This document shows, piece by piece, positions 26,933-37,797 of a stretch of DNA of 64,000 bases. The stretch lies in assembly GCF_003334785.1 (NCBI RefSeq), contig NZ_QOWV01000001.1. One strand, given 5' to 3'. The stretch comes from Escherichia coli (GTDB lineage: Bacteria > Pseudomonadota > Gammaproteobacteria > Enterobacterales > Enterobacteriaceae). Numbering within the stretch: position 1 is the stretch's first letter; each line of letters starts with the position of its first letter. The position numbers were made by a program, and so were the translations under genes. Under the pieces are notes generated by a model. That model did no database searches. It saw only the letters and a list, made by a program, of their open reading frames with translations, and was not told where the DNA came from.

Positions 26933-27019
26933 TCGCAATCACATTACTGATCATGGTTTTGCCTGCGCTTTTTGCGTAAGCTGTGCCGGTCTTTTTATCG
27001 AAAGAGGTTGTACAAAATT

Positions 27020-27496
27020 ATGACATCGCTGGTCGTTCCTGGTCTGGATACGCTGCGTCAATGGCTCGATGACCTGGGGATGAGTTTTTTTGAATGTGAT
27101 AACTGTCAGGCTCTGCATCTGCCCCATATGCAGAATTTCGACGGTGTCTTTGATGCCAAAATCGATCTGATCGATAACACGATCCTGTTTTCTGCCATGG
27201 CGGAAGTCCGACCTTCAGCCGTATTGCCGCTGGCGGCGGATTTATCTGCCATCAATGCCAGTTCGCTGACCGTGAAAGCATTTCTTGATATGCAGGATGA
27301 TAATCTGCCAAAGCTGGTGGTTTGCCAGTCTTTATCCGTTATGCAGGGCGTAACCTATGAGCAGTTTGCATGGTTCGTGCGTCAGAGCGAAGAGCAGATT
27401 TCGATGGTCATTCTTGAAGCTAATGCCCATCAACTGCTGTTACCGACTGATGATGAAGGGCAAAACAACGTTACCGAAAACTATTTCCTCCACTGA
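27020..27496 (+). CDS. ybjN: YbjN (sensory-transduction-regulator-like protein)
   Basis: 158 aa from ATG 27020 (MTSLVVPGLDTLRQWLDDLGMSFFECDNCQALHLP...). Confidence 0.9.
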   Translation: MTSLVVPGLDTLRQWLDDLGMSFFECDNCQALHLPHMQNFDGVFDAKIDLIDNTILFSAMAEVRPSAVLPLAADLSAINASSLTVKAFLDMQDDNLPKLVVCQSLSVMQGVTYEQFAWFVRQSEEQISMVILEANAHQLLLPTDDEGQNNVTENYFLH

Positions 27497-27771
27497 TAAC
27501 TCCTTTCGAGCACGCAGTCGCTGGTGCAGTGGCTGCGCGCTGCAAAATTATCTGCTGTTTTTAACCTTTTCTTAAAGATTATTTCACTTCTCTTGTGTCG
27601 ATTTGGCTTTATCACATAGAGCAAATATGCATAAAAATTTGTTAAATACCGTTTTTTAATCCGAGCTATAGTCTCAAACCCTGGCTAAAGTTATTCTTGC
27701 GATGCTTTTATATAGCGAGCAGTGCTGGCCGGGAGAAAGTTCTCTTTTATTACACCGCGCCGATAAAAAAT

Positions 27772-27787
27772 ATGCACGTTTATTGCA
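27772..27787 (+). promoter_or_regulatory. Sigma54-like -24/-12 element upstream of potF (weak call)
   Basis: ATGCACGTTTATTGCA compared with the consensus TGGCACG-N4-TTGCA. The -12 half and the spacing fit, but one G of the invariant GG is a T. It lies 60 nt upstream of the potF ATG. Confidence 0.3.
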
Positions 27788-27846
27788 TATCTTTCAGTGT
27801 GACAACTTTTGTTCGTTTGTTAACGAACTTTCAGAAGGAAAGAGAT

Positions 27847-28959
27847 ATGACCGCCTTAAATAAAAAATGGCTATCGGGTCTGGTTGCGGGTGCTCTGATG
27901 GCCGTCTCTGTCGGCACGCTCGCGGCTGAACAAAAAACACTCCACATTTATAACTGGTCTGATTATATCGCCCCGGACACGGTGGCCAATTTTGAAAAAG
28001 AAACCGGTATTAAAGTCGTCTACGATGTTTTCGACTCTAACGAAGTACTGGAAGGCAAATTAATGGCCGGGAGTACCGGCTTTGATCTGGTGGTTCCATC
28101 TGCCAGCTTTCTGGAGCGCCAGTTGACTGCGGGAGTTTTCCAGCCGCTGGACAAAAGCAAATTGCCGGAGTGGAAGAATCTCGACCCGGAACTGCTGAAG
28201 CTGGTCGCCAAACACGATCCCGACAATAAATTTGCTATGCCCTATATGTGGGCGACGACCGGGATTGGCTATAACGTTGATAAAGTTAAAGCGGTGCTGG
28301 GCGAAAACGCGCCCGTCGATAGCTGGGACTTGATCCTCAAACCTGAAAATCTGGAAAAACTGAAAAGCTGCGGTGTCTCTTTCCTGGATGCGCCAGAAGA
28401 AGTTTTTGCTACCGTGTTGAATTATCTCGGCAAAGATCCCAACAGCACTAAAGCGGATGATTACACCGGACCGGCAACAGATCTGCTGTTAAAGCTGCGC
28501 CCGAACATTCGTTATTTCCATTCATCTCAATACATTAACGACCTGGCAAACGGCGATATTTGCGTCGCTATCGGCTGGGCAGGTGATGTCTGGCAGGCGT
28601 CAAACCGCGCGAAGGAAGCGAAGAATGGCGTGAATGTCTCGTTCTCGATTCCAAAAGAAGGGGCGATGGCGTTCTTTGATGTATTCGCCATGCCTGCGGA
28701 TGCCAAAAACAAAGACGAAGCCTATCAGTTCCTGAATTACCTGCTGCGCCCGGATGTAGTAGCGCATATTTCCGACCATGTGTTCTATGCCAACGCCAAT
28801 AAAGCAGCCACGCCGCTGGTGAGTGCGGAAGTCCGTGAGAACCCAGGTATTTATCCGCCTGCGGATGTTCGTGCGAAGCTGTTCACTCTGAAAGTGCAGG
28901 ATCCGAAAATCGACCGTGTGCGCACCCGCGCGTGGACCAAAGTGAAGAGCGGAAAATAA
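27847..28959 (+). CDS. potF: Putrescine-binding periplasmic protein PotF
   Basis: 370 aa from ATG 27847 (MTALNKKWLSGLVAGALMAVSVGTLAAEQKTLHIYNW...). The track ORF carries a spurious 50-aa N-terminal extension. Confidence 0.95.
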   Translation: MTALNKKWLSGLVAGALMAVSVGTLAAEQKTLHIYNWSDYIAPDTVANFEKETGIKVVYDVFDSNEVLEGKLMAGSTGFDLVVPSASFLERQLTAGVFQPLDKSKLPEWKNLDPELLKLVAKHDPDNKFAMPYMWATTGIGYNVDKVKAVLGENAPVDSWDLILKPENLEKLKSCGVSFLDAPEEVFATVLNYLGKDPNSTKADDYTGPATDLLLKLRPNIRYFHSSQYINDLANGDICVAIGWAGDVWQASNRAKEAKNGVNVSFSIPKEGAMAFFDVFAMPADAKNKDEAYQFLNYLLRPDVVAHISDHVFYANANKAATPLVSAEVRENPGIYPPADVRAKLFTLKVQDPKIDRVRTRAWTKVKSGK

Positions 28960-29053
28960 TCCGCAGTCGTAGATGCCGGAGGGGCGCACCACACCCGCCG
29001 GCAATTCGCACCATTATGGTGCGCTTGCACACATTCAATGCCGGAGAGCAGCC

Positions 29054-30187
29054 GTGAATGACGCTATCCCTCGCCCGCAGGCGAAAACCCGTAAGGCGCT
29101 GACGCCGCTATTAGAAATCCGCAACCTGACCAAATCCTACGATGGTCAACATGCGGTGGATGATGTCAGCCTGACCATCTACAAAGGTGAAATCTTCGCG
29201 CTGCTGGGCGCATCCGGCTGTGGCAAGTCCACGCTGCTGCGTATGCTGGCAGGTTTCGAACAACCTTCTGCCGGACAGATAATGCTTGATGGCGTCGATT
29301 TGTCACAGGTTCCGCCTTACCTGCGCCCCATCAATATGATGTTTCAGTCTTACGCGCTGTTTCCGCATATGACCGTGGAACAGAACATCGCTTTTGGCCT
29401 GAAACAGGACAAACTACCGAAAGCGGAAATTGCCAGCCGGGTCAATGAGATGCTCGGCCTGGTGCATATGCAGGAGTTCGCCAAACGCAAACCGCATCAG
29501 CTTTCCGGTGGTCAGCGACAACGTGTGGCCCTGGCCCGAAGCCTTGCGAAGCGCCCGAAACTATTACTGCTCGATGAGCCGATGGGCGCGCTGGATAAAA
29601 AGCTGCGTGACCGGATGCAGCTTGAAGTGGTGGATATTCTGGAGCGCGTCGGTGTGACTTGTGTGATGGTCACCCACGATCAGGAAGAGGCGATGACCAT
29701 GGCGGGGCGCATCGCCATTATGAATCGTGGGAAATTTGTCCAGATTGGCGAACCGGAAGAGATCTACGAGCATCCGACTACCCGCTATAGCGCCGAATTT
29801 ATTGGCTCGGTAAACGTCTTTGAAGGCGTACTCAAAGAGCGTCAGGAAGATGGCCTGGTGCTTGATTCGCCGGGGCTGGTGCATCCACTGAAAGTCGACG
29901 CGGATGCCTCGGTGGTCGATAACGTGCCGGTACATGTGGCGCTGCGCCCGGAAAAAATCATGCTTTGCGAAGAGCCGCCCGCCAATGGTTGTAACTTCGC
30001 GGTGGGGGAGGTGATACACATTGCCTATCTCGGCGATCTTTCGGTGTATCACGTTCGTCTGAAAAGTGGGCAGATGATTAGCGCCCAGCTACAAAACGCC
30101 CATCGTCATCGTAAAGGGTTACCGACCTGGGGCGACGAAGTGCGTTTGTGCTGGGAAGTGGACAGCTGTGTGGTGCTGACGGTTTAA
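29054..30187 (+). CDS. potG: Putrescine ABC transporter ATPase PotG
   Basis: 377 aa from GTG 29054 (RBS GGAGAG), with Walker A GASGCGKST and the ABC signature LSGGQRQR. Confidence 0.93.
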   Translation: MNDAIPRPQAKTRKALTPLLEIRNLTKSYDGQHAVDDVSLTIYKGEIFALLGASGCGKSTLLRMLAGFEQPSAGQIMLDGVDLSQVPPYLRPINMMFQSYALFPHMTVEQNIAFGLKQDKLPKAEIASRVNEMLGLVHMQEFAKRKPHQLSGGQRQRVALARSLAKRPKLLLLDEPMGALDKKLRDRMQLEVVDILERVGVTCVMVTHDQEEAMTMAGRIAIMNRGKFVQIGEPEEIYEHPTTRYSAEFIGSVNVFEGVLKERQEDGLVLDSPGLVHPLKVDADASVVDNVPVHVALRPEKIMLCEEPPANGCNFAVGEVIHIAYLGDLSVYHVRLKSGQMISAQLQNAHRHRKGLPTWGDEVRLCWEVDSCVVLTV

Positions 30188-30196
30188 GGAGCAAAG

Positions 30197-31150
30197 ATGA
30201 GTACACTTGAACCTGCTGCCCAGTCGAAACCGCCGGGCGGATTTAAGCTGTGGTTGTCGCAGCTGCAAATGAAGCATGGGCGCAAACTGGTCATTGCGTT
30301 GCCATATATCTGGTTGATCTTGCTGTTTCTGCTGCCATTTCTGATTGTCTTTAAAATAAGCCTGGCGGAGATGGCGCGCGCTATTCCACCTTATACCGAA
30401 CTGATGGAGTGGGCTGACGGGCAACTGTCCATCACTCTTAATCTCGGTAATTTTCTGCAACTGACCGACGATCCGCTCTATTTCGATGCTTATCTCCAGT
30501 CGCTACAGGTGGCTGCGATTTCGACATTTTGCTGTTTACTGATCGGCTATCCGCTGGCGTGGGCGGTGGCGCACAGTAAGCCTTCGACCCGTAATATTTT
30601 ATTACTACTGGTGATCCTGCCGTCGTGGACCTCGTTTCTGATCCGCGTTTATGCCTGGATGGGAATATTAAAAAACAACGGTGTGCTGAATAATTTTCTG
30701 CTGTGGCTGGGGGTTATCGATCAACCGCTGACCATTCTGCATACCAATCTGGCCGTTTATATCGGCATTGTTTACGCTTACGTGCCGTTTATGGTACTGC
30801 CGATTTATACCGCGTTGATTCGTATTGATTATTCGCTGGTGGAAGCAGCGCTGGATCTCGGTGCACGACCGCTGAAAACGTTCTTTACTGTGATCGTGCC
30901 GCTGACTAAAGGTGGGATTATTGCCGGATCGATGCTGGTGTTTATCCCGGCTGTGGGCGAGTTTGTGATCCCGGAACTGCTCGGTGGCCCGGACAGCATC
31001 ATGATCGGGCGCGTGCTATGGCAAGAGTTTTTCAATAACCGCGACTGGCCGGTGGCCTCGGCGGTAGCGATCATCATGTTGCTGCTGCTAATTGTGCCGA
31101 TAATGTGGTTCCACAAACACCAGCAAAAAAGCGTGGGAGAACACGGATGA
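30197..31150 (+). CDS. potH: Putrescine ABC transporter permease PotH
   Basis: 317 aa, polytopic, with an EAA-loop motif (EAALDLGARPLKTF). Confidence 0.95.
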   Translation: MSTLEPAAQSKPPGGFKLWLSQLQMKHGRKLVIALPYIWLILLFLLPFLIVFKISLAEMARAIPPYTELMEWADGQLSITLNLGNFLQLTDDPLYFDAYLQSLQVAAISTFCCLLIGYPLAWAVAHSKPSTRNILLLLVILPSWTSFLIRVYAWMGILKNNGVLNNFLLWLGVIDQPLTILHTNLAVYIGIVYAYVPFMVLPIYTALIRIDYSLVEAALDLGARPLKTFFTVIVPLTKGGIIAGSMLVFIPAVGEFVIPELLGGPDSIMIGRVLWQEFFNNRDWPVASAVAIIMLLLLIVPIMWFHKHQQKSVGEHG

Positions 31151-31992
31151 ATAATTTACCGGTAGTTCGTTCGCCCTGGCGGATTGTGATTTTGCTGCTG
31201 GGCTTTACCTTTCTCTACGCGCCAATGCTGATGCTGGTTATCTATTCGTTTAACAGCTCGAAGCTGGTGACGGTGTGGGCCGGCTGGTCAACGCGCTGGT
31301 ATGGTGAGTTATTGCGCGATGACGCGATGATGAGTGCGGTTGGTTTAAGTCTGACAATTGCGGCCTGTGCGGCGACGGCGGCGGCGATCCTCGGAACTAT
31401 TGCGGCGGTGGTGCTGGTGCGCTTTGGCAGGTTTCGCGGATCAAATGGCTTTGCCTTTATGATCACCGCGCCGCTGGTAATGCCAGATGTCATCACGGGC
31501 TTGTCGCTGTTGTTATTATTCGTCGCGCTTGCTCATGCCATTGGCTGGCCTGCGGACCGCGGTATGCTCACCATCTGGCTGGCGCATGTCACTTTTTGTA
31601 CGGCTTATGTGGCGGTCGTTATTTCTTCAAGATTGCGGGAACTGGATCGCTCGATAGAAGAAGCAGCGATGGATCTCGGTGCGACGCCGCTGAAAGTGTT
31701 TTTCGTCATTACGCTACCGATGATCATGCCCGCGATCATTTCTGGCTGGTTACTGGCTTTTACTTTGTCGCTTGATGATCTGGTGATCGCCAGCTTTGTT
31801 TCCGGGCCGGGAGCCACCACGTTACCGATGCTGGTCTTTTCCAGCGTGCGGATGGGGGTGAATCCGGAAATCAACGCCCTGGCAACATTGATCCTCGGCG
31901 CGGTCGGAATTGTCGGATTTATCGCCTGGTATCTGATGGCTCGCGCAGAAAAACAGCGGATACGCGACATCCAGCGTGCAAGACGTGGCTGA
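31147..31992 (+). CDS. potI: Putrescine ABC transporter permease PotI
   Basis: 281 aa from ATG 31147 (ATGA overlap with the potH stop), with an EAA loop (EEAAMDLGATPLKVF). Confidence 0.95.
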   Translation: MNNLPVVRSPWRIVILLLGFTFLYAPMLMLVIYSFNSSKLVTVWAGWSTRWYGELLRDDAMMSAVGLSLTIAACAATAAAILGTIAAVVLVRFGRFRGSNGFAFMITAPLVMPDVITGLSLLLLFVALAHAIGWPADRGMLTIWLAHVTFCTAYVAVVISSRLRELDRSIEEAAMDLGATPLKVFFVITLPMIMPAIISGWLLAFTLSLDDLVIASFVSGPGATTLPMLVFSSVRMGVNPEINALATLILGAVGIVGFIAWYLMARAEKQRIRDIQRARRG

Positions 31993-32051
31993 AGACACTA
32001 AAATTTGCCAACCTGGCTACATAATGCCGCGCATGTCGCGGCATTGTTTTC

Positions 32052-32540
32052 ATGGAAGACGAAACGTTGGGATTTTTTAAGAAAACATCTTCATCTCATG
32101 CTCGCCTGAATGTGCCTGCGCTGGTGCAGGTGGCGGCGCTCGCCATTATTATGATCCGTGGCCTCGACGTGCTGATGATTTTCAATACGCTGGGCGTGCG
32201 CGGTATTGGCGAGTTCATTCATCGCAGCGTACAAACCTGGAGTTTAACGCTGGTCTTTTTAAGCAGTCTGGTGCTGGTTTTCATTGAGATCTGGTGTGCG
32301 TTTTCACTGGTGAAAGGGCGTCGCTGGGCGCGCTGGCTATATCTGCTGACACAAATCACCGCCGCAAGTTACTTGTGGGCGGCTTCGCTGGGGTACGGTT
32401 ATCCGGAGCTGTTCAGCATTCCCGGTGAATCAAAACGTGAAATCTTCCATAGCCTGATGCTGCAGAAGCTGCCGGATATGCTCATCCTGATGCTGCTGTT
32501 CGTTCCCTCGACCAGTCGGCGGTTCTTCCAGTTGCAATAA
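32052..32540 (+). CDS. ybjO: Inner-membrane protein YbjO
   Basis: 162 aa with four hydrophobic segments. Matches K-12 YbjO. Confidence 0.88.
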   Translation: MEDETLGFFKKTSSSHARLNVPALVQVAALAIIMIRGLDVLMIFNTLGVRGIGEFIHRSVQTWSLTLVFLSSLVLVFIEIWCAFSLVKGRRWARWLYLLTQITAASYLWAASLGYGYPELFSIPGESKREIFHSLMLQKLPDMLILMLLFVPSTSRRFFQLQ

Positions 32541-32580
32541 TGTGTATAATCGTCGCCCCTGATGATGTGAAGGTCAATGT

Positions 32581-33708
32581 ATGCAGTGCGCACTTTACGA
32601 CGCGGGTCGCTGTCGTTCCTGTCAGTGGATAATGCAGCCGATTCCAGAGCAACTCTCCGCTAAAACCGCCGATCTTAAAAATCTGCTCGCCGACTTTCCG
32701 GTTGAGGAATGGTGCGCGCCGGTGTCAGGCCCGGAACAAGGGTTTCGTAATAAAGCCAAAATGGTGGTGAGTGGTAGCGTTGAAAAACCACTGCTCGGTA
32801 TGCTGCATCGCGATGGCACACCAGAAGACCTTTGTGACTGCCCGCTTTATCCTGCCTCATTTGCGCCCGTTTTTGCGGCGCTAAAACCGTTTATCGCCCG
32901 AGCGGGGTTAACGCCCTACAACGTGGCGCGTAAGCGTGGCGAACTGAAATACATTCTGCTGACTGAAAGCCAGAGTGATGGAGGCATGATGCTGCGCTTT
33001 GTACTGCGTTCTGATACCAAGCTGGCGCAACTGCGTAAGGCGCTGCCGTGGTTACACGAACAACTACCGCAGCTGAAAGTTATTACCGTCAATATTCAGC
33101 CGGTACATATGGCGATTATGGAAGGGGAGACGGAGATCTACCTGACCGAACAACAGGCACTGGCGGAGCGTTTTAATGACGTACCGCTGTGGATCCGTCC
33201 GCAAAGTTTCTTCCAGACTAATCCGGCGGTCGCCAGCCAGTTGTACGCCACCGCGCGCGACTGGGTACGACAGCTGCCGGTTAAACATATGTGGGATCTG
33301 TTCTGCGGTGTGGGGGGCTTTGGTTTACACTGCGCGACGCCTGACATGCAGTTAACCGGGATCGAAATTGCATCAGAGGCCATTGCCTGTGCAAAGCAGT
33401 CAGCCGCTGAACTGGGCTTAACGCGTTTGCAATTTCAGGCGCTGGACTCCACTCAGTTTGCCACCGCTCAGGGGGATGTGCCGGAGCTGGTGCTGGTTAA
33501 CCCGCCGCGCCGCGGCATTGGTAAACCGCTGTGTGATTATCTCTCAACGATGGCACCGCGTTTTATCATCTACTCCAGCTGTAACGCCCAAACTATGGCG
33601 AAAGATATCCGCGAACTGCCTGGGTTTCGTATTGAACGGGTGCAGCTTTTCGATATGTTCCCGCATACCGCGCACTATGAAGTGCTGACGCTGCTGGTGA
33701 AGCAATAA
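32581..33708 (+). CDS. rlmC: 23S rRNA (uracil747-C5)-methyltransferase RlmC (RumB)
   Basis: 375 aa with an N-terminal Cys cluster ([16 protein letters not shown]), a SAM-binding [10 protein letters not shown] and a C-terminal catalytic region. Confidence 0.95.
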
Positions 33709-33757
33709 AAAAGCCGCATGTGCGGCTTCAGATTGCTGACAAAGTGCGCGTTGTTTA

Positions 33758-33857
<100 letters not shown>

Positions 33858-33906
33858 ATTTTACCTTTGTCATCAGTCTCAAGCCGCGGTTGCGGCTTTC
33901 TGAATC

Positions 33907-34638
33907 TTACTGTGGGAACCACTGGTCACTGATTTTTTGATAAGTACCGTCAGCTTTAATTGCTGCCAGCGCGTTATTCAGTTTTTCCAGCAGGGCTTTG
34001 TTATCCGGACGTACAGCGATGCCCAGGCCGGTGCCAAAATATTGCGGATCGGTCACTTTCTCAGTAGCAACACCAAGTTGTGGATTGGTTTTCAGCCATT
34101 CGTTTACCACCGCTGTGTCACCAAATACCCCATCAATACGACCATTTTTCAGATCGATAAAGGCATTCTGATAACTGTCATAAGAGACAGTTTTCACTTC
34201 CGGGTGCTGATCCTGAATATATTTCTGGTGCGTAGTACCGTTTTCCATCCCAATACGTTTGCCTTTCAGATCGGCAAACGTTTTGTAGGTATCTTTTTTG
34301 GCAATCACGACGGCTGAGTTTTCATAGTAGGGCGTGGTAAACGATACCTGTTTGCTACGCTCCGGGGTGATATCCATACCGGAGATTACGGCGTCATATT
34401 TTCTGAATTTCAGGGACGGGATCAGGCTGTCGAACGCGTGATTAGTAAAAGTACATTCTGCCTGCATTTGTTTGCACAAGGCTTTTGCCAGATCGATATC
34501 AAAGCCGACAATCTCATTATTAGCACCTATAGATTCAAAGGGTGGATAGGTGGCTGAAACGCCAAAATTGATTTTCTCTGCGGCAGAAGCACCGAAAGTA
34601 AAGGAAGCAAGTAAAGCGGCAAGAACTAACTTTTTCAT
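33907..34638 (-). CDS. artJ: Arginine-binding periplasmic protein ArtJ
   Basis: 243 aa from ATG 34638 (MKKLVLAALLASFTFGASAAEKINFGVSATYPPFES...). It is a paralogue of artI. Confidence 0.95.
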   Translation of the reverse strand: MKKLVLAALLASFTFGASAAEKINFGVSATYPPFESIGANNEIVGFDIDLAKALCKQMQAECTFTNHAFDSLIPSLKFRKYDAVISGMDITPERSKQVSFTTPYYENSAVVIAKKDTYKTFADLKGKRIGMENGTTHQKYIQDQHPEVKTVSYDSYQNAFIDLKNGRIDGVFGDTAVVNEWLKTNPQLGVATEKVTDPQYFGTGLGIAVRPDNKALLEKLNNALAAIKADGTYQKISDQWFPQ

Positions 34639-34752
34639 GATGGAACTCCCGTCTGTCAATCTTATGATTTTTGGCCGTGTCTGCGGCATGGGATAACAAT
34701 GCCATCAAGTGAATTTATATGCAATAAACATGATTAAATAATTTAAATGAAA

Positions 34753-34788
34753 TAAAAAAGACGGACAACTTAGTGGGTTGTCCGTCTT
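34753..34788 (-). terminator. Rho-independent terminator of artPIQM
   Basis: AAGACGGACAAC (34758-34769) pairs with GTTGTCCGTCTT (34777-34788). On the minus strand the hairpin runs into TTTTTT. Confidence 0.75.
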
Positions 34789-34811
34789 CATTATAAGAAT
34801 TTATGCACTAT

Positions 34812-34898
34812 GTAGGCCGGATAAGGCGTCCCCGCCGCATCCGGCACAGGCACCGTGCTGATGTCTGATGCGACGCTGGCGCGTCTTATCAGACCTAC
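34812..34898. repeat. REP/BIME cluster
   Basis: GTAGGCCGGATAAGGCGTCCCCGCCGCATCCGGCA and TGTCTGATGCGACGCTGGCGCGTCTTATCAGACCTACA are two inverted REP units. Confidence 0.9.
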
Positions 34899-34928
34899 AA
34901 AACCCCCCGGCGAATGTACGCAGCCACA

Positions 34929-35597
34929 TTAATTTCGCCGTTCGAATGCCAGCGCTTTGCGCTCGATCAGACGCATCATCAGCGTCAGCAGGCCGTTAAC
35001 GACCAGGTAAATAATCCCTGCCGCACCGAACACCATTACATCGTAGGTGCGTCCGTACAACAACTGGCTGTATCCCATCACTTCCATCAGCGTAATGGTG
35101 TATGCCAGAGAGGTACTTTTGAATACCAGCACCACTTCGTTGGAATAAGAAGAGAGCGAGCGTTTAAAGGCATACGGCAGCAGGATCGCCAGCGTATCTT
35201 TTTTGCTCATTCCCAGGGCGCTACAGGACTGCCACTGACCTTCCGGGATCGCACGAATTGCACCGTAAAACAGCTGCGTGGTATACGCCGCACTATTCAG
35301 CGACAACGCAATCAGCGCACATAACCACGGTTCTGACAACAAATGCCACAGTGCCGGATACTCCTGCAAAGTCGGAAACTGGCCCGGCCCGTAATAAATC
35401 AGGAAGATCTGCACCAGCAGCGGCGTACCGGTAAACAGCGTGATATAACCCCGCACCAGCCACACCAGCACCGGCGTTTTCAGCGTCAGGATGATGGTAA
35501 AAATCAATGCCAGAATCAGTGCCACAATCAGCGAGGCAACGGTTAGCGTCAGGCTGGTGTGTAGCCCTTTCATCAGTTCGGGTAAATACTCAAACAT
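34929..35597 (-). CDS. artM: Arginine ABC transporter permease ArtM
   Basis: 222 aa, polytopic. The gene order artP-I-Q-M is as in K-12. Confidence 0.95.
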   Translation of the reverse strand: MFEYLPELMKGLHTSLTLTVASLIVALILALIFTIILTLKTPVLVWLVRGYITLFTGTPLLVQIFLIYYGPGQFPTLQEYPALWHLLSEPWLCALIALSLNSAAYTTQLFYGAIRAIPEGQWQSCSALGMSKKDTLAILLPYAFKRSLSSYSNEVVLVFKSTSLAYTITLMEVMGYSQLLYGRTYDVMVFGAAGIIYLVVNGLLTLMMRLIERKALAFERRN

Positions 35598-36313
35598 TAG
35601 CTGGGCCTCCGCTCAAAACGTGTCGCGCGCAGGTCAATGCGTTTGAGAATGTACTGACTGAGCAGGGTGATCACCAGGTAAATCGCCGCCGCCACAATGT
35701 ACCAGGTAAATGGTTCCTGGGTACGAGTAGCGATGCTTTTTGTTTGCAGCATTAAATCATTCACACTAATCAAACTGACCAGCGCGGTATCTTTCAGCAG
35801 CACCAGCCACTGGTTACCGAGGCCAGGCAGCGCATGACGCCACATCTGCGGCATCACCAGACGGAAAAAGATAGCCGATTTCGACAGCCCCAGCGCCTGA
35901 CCAGACTCCCACTGACCCACCGGCACCGCTTTCAACGCGCCCCGAAGCGTTTGCGAGGCATAGGCGGCATACAGCAGTGACAGAGCGATGACACCACAAA
36001 GGAACGGGCTAACGTCGAAGTTCTCAATGTCCATCTGCACTGGGATCTGCACGAACCCAAGATTGATAGTGAAGCCATCCGAAAGCGTCAGCAGCAGCTG
36101 CGAGGAGCCAAAATAGATAAACAGCACCACCAGAATTTCTGGCAGGCCACGCAGAATGGTTACCAGCGCTGAACCTGCCCACGCGACAGGACGCCATTTT
36201 GCCGACTCCCATACCGCAAAGAACATCGCCAGCGCCAGCCCGACAATCAATGCACAAACGGCAAGGCCGACGGTCATCCCGGCGGCGCTTGCTAAAGGAA
36301 AAAATTCATTCAT
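35597..36313 (-). CDS. artQ: Arginine ABC transporter permease ArtQ
   Basis: 238 aa, polytopic. Its stop overlaps the artM start. Confidence 0.95.
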
Positions 36314-36319
36314 CAGGAA

Positions 36320-37051
36320 TTACTTCTGGAACCATTTGTTGTAGATGGTTTCGTAAGTGCCATCTTTCTTCACTTTTTCCAGCGCAGTGTTGAGTTTCTG
36401 CTGCAGCTCAGTGTTGCCCTGACGTACCGCGATGCCGAGGCCAGTGCCGAAGTAATCTTTATCGGTCACTTTGTCGCCCACCGCCGCCAGTTTCGGGTTA
36501 TCTTTCAGCCACTCAGTGACCACTGCGGTGTCACCGAAGACGCCGTCGATACGCCCGTTTTGCAGATCCAGTTTTGCGTTCTGGTAGCTGTCATACGGAA
36601 CGGTAGTGATTTCCGGGTGCTTATCCATAATGAATTTCTGGTGTGTCGTCCCGTTCTGTACGCCGACTTTTTTGCCTTTCAGCTGATCAACACTGGTGTA
36701 TTTGCCTTGCTGACCCACAAACAGGGCAGAGTTGTCATAGTACGGGGTGGTAAACAGCACCTGCTTTTCACGCTCCGGAGTGATATCCATGCCCGCCATC
36801 ACGGCTTCTACGCGACGGAATTTCAGGCTTGGGATCAGGCTGTCAAACGCCTGGTTAGAGAAAGTGCAGGTTGCATCAATCTCTTTACACAGCGCTTGTG
36901 CCAGGTCGACGTCAAAACCAACGATCTGGTTGTTTGCATCAATCGATTCAAACGGAGGATAGGAGGCTTCGGTAGCAAAACGAATGGTTTCGGCAGCTGT
37001 GGCGGAAAGACTAAAACCTGCAATTAACGCGGCAATCAGAACTTTTTTCAT
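36320..37051 (-). CDS. artI: Arginine-binding periplasmic protein ArtI
   Basis: 243 aa starting MKKVLIAALIAGFSLSATAAETIRFATEASYPPFES.... It is colinear with ArtJ along its full length. Confidence 0.95.
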   Translation of the reverse strand: MKKVLIAALIAGFSLSATAAETIRFATEASYPPFESIDANNQIVGFDVDLAQALCKEIDATCTFSNQAFDSLIPSLKFRRVEAVMAGMDITPEREKQVLFTTPYYDNSALFVGQQGKYTSVDQLKGKKVGVQNGTTHQKFIMDKHPEITTVPYDSYQNAKLDLQNGRIDGVFGDTAVVTEWLKDNPKLAAVGDKVTDKDYFGTGLGIAVRQGNTELQQKLNTALEKVKKDGTYETIYNKWFQK

Positions 37052-37068
37052 TGTTGTTATCCCGAATC

Positions 37069-37797
37069 TTAGTGAGAGAGATAGTTTTTAAATGCTTCGG
37101 TTTGCGGCTCGGTAAAGCAGCTCGCGTCGCCTTGTTCTACGATATGACCATTTTCCATATACACCACTCGGCTGGCGGTTTTACGCGCCACTTCAACTTC
37201 GTGGGTGACGATCACCTGGGTAATATTCGTTTCTGCCAGCTCACGAATGATGCTGACGATTTGTGCCGTAATTTCCGGGTCCAGTGCGGCGGTCGGTTCA
37301 TCGAACAGCAGTACCTGCGGTTCCATCATCAACGCACGGGCAATAGCAACACGCTGCTGCTGACCACCAGAAAGATGCAGCGGGTAACGATCGCTATAAG
37401 GTTTGAGACGCAGACGTTCCAGCAGTTTTTCTGCACGGGCCAGCGCCTGATCTTTACTCAACCCCAGTACACGGCAGGGCGCTTCAATCAGGTTTTGCTG
37501 CACGGTCAGATGCGGCCACAGGTTGTATTGCTGAAACACCATGCCAACGTTACGACGCAAATCGCGAATCGCTTTGTCAGAGGGTGTTTTGGTGAAATCG
37601 AAATGGTTGCCTGCAATGTTGAGCGTACCGGAGCGCGGCATCTCAAGCAGATTGAGTACACGCAGCAGCGAGCTTTTACCCGCGCCGCTGGGGCCAAGTA
37701 ACACCAGCGTTTCGCCCTGTGGGCAATCCAGCGTGATATCGAACAGCGCCTGATGCGCGCCGTAGAAGCAATTAATGCCGTTTAATTGAATACTCAT
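37069..37797 (-). CDS. artP: Arginine ABC transporter ATPase ArtP
   Basis: 242 aa from ATG 37797 ([23 protein letters not shown]...), with Walker [10 protein letters not shown] and the signature LSGGQQQR. Confidence 0.95.

Noticed and set aside
26414-26938. Large antisense ORFs inside core genes (for example 26414-26938 in rimK, 29564-30052 in potG, 37051-37701 in artP, 46507-47268 in hcp, 55774-56280 in macB, 58767-59282 in clpA)
   Set aside because: Each lies opposite a confidently identified K-12 gene of exactly the expected length. None has independent support.
27697-27846. N-terminal extensions of track ORFs (potF +50 aa, potG +27, artP +33, artJ +17, ybjS +21, ybjT +25, lysO +16, ybjN +16, rcdA +10, cspD +10 and others)
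   Set aside because: Longest-ORF calling overshoots. The internal starts give the known K-12 protein lengths, have RBSs, and begin with the known N-terminal sequences.
36320-37051. artI/artJ similarity as evidence of a recent duplication or assembly artefact
   Set aside because: The two proteins are clearly diverged paralogues, with many substitutions along the whole length. This arrangement is the normal K-12 one.
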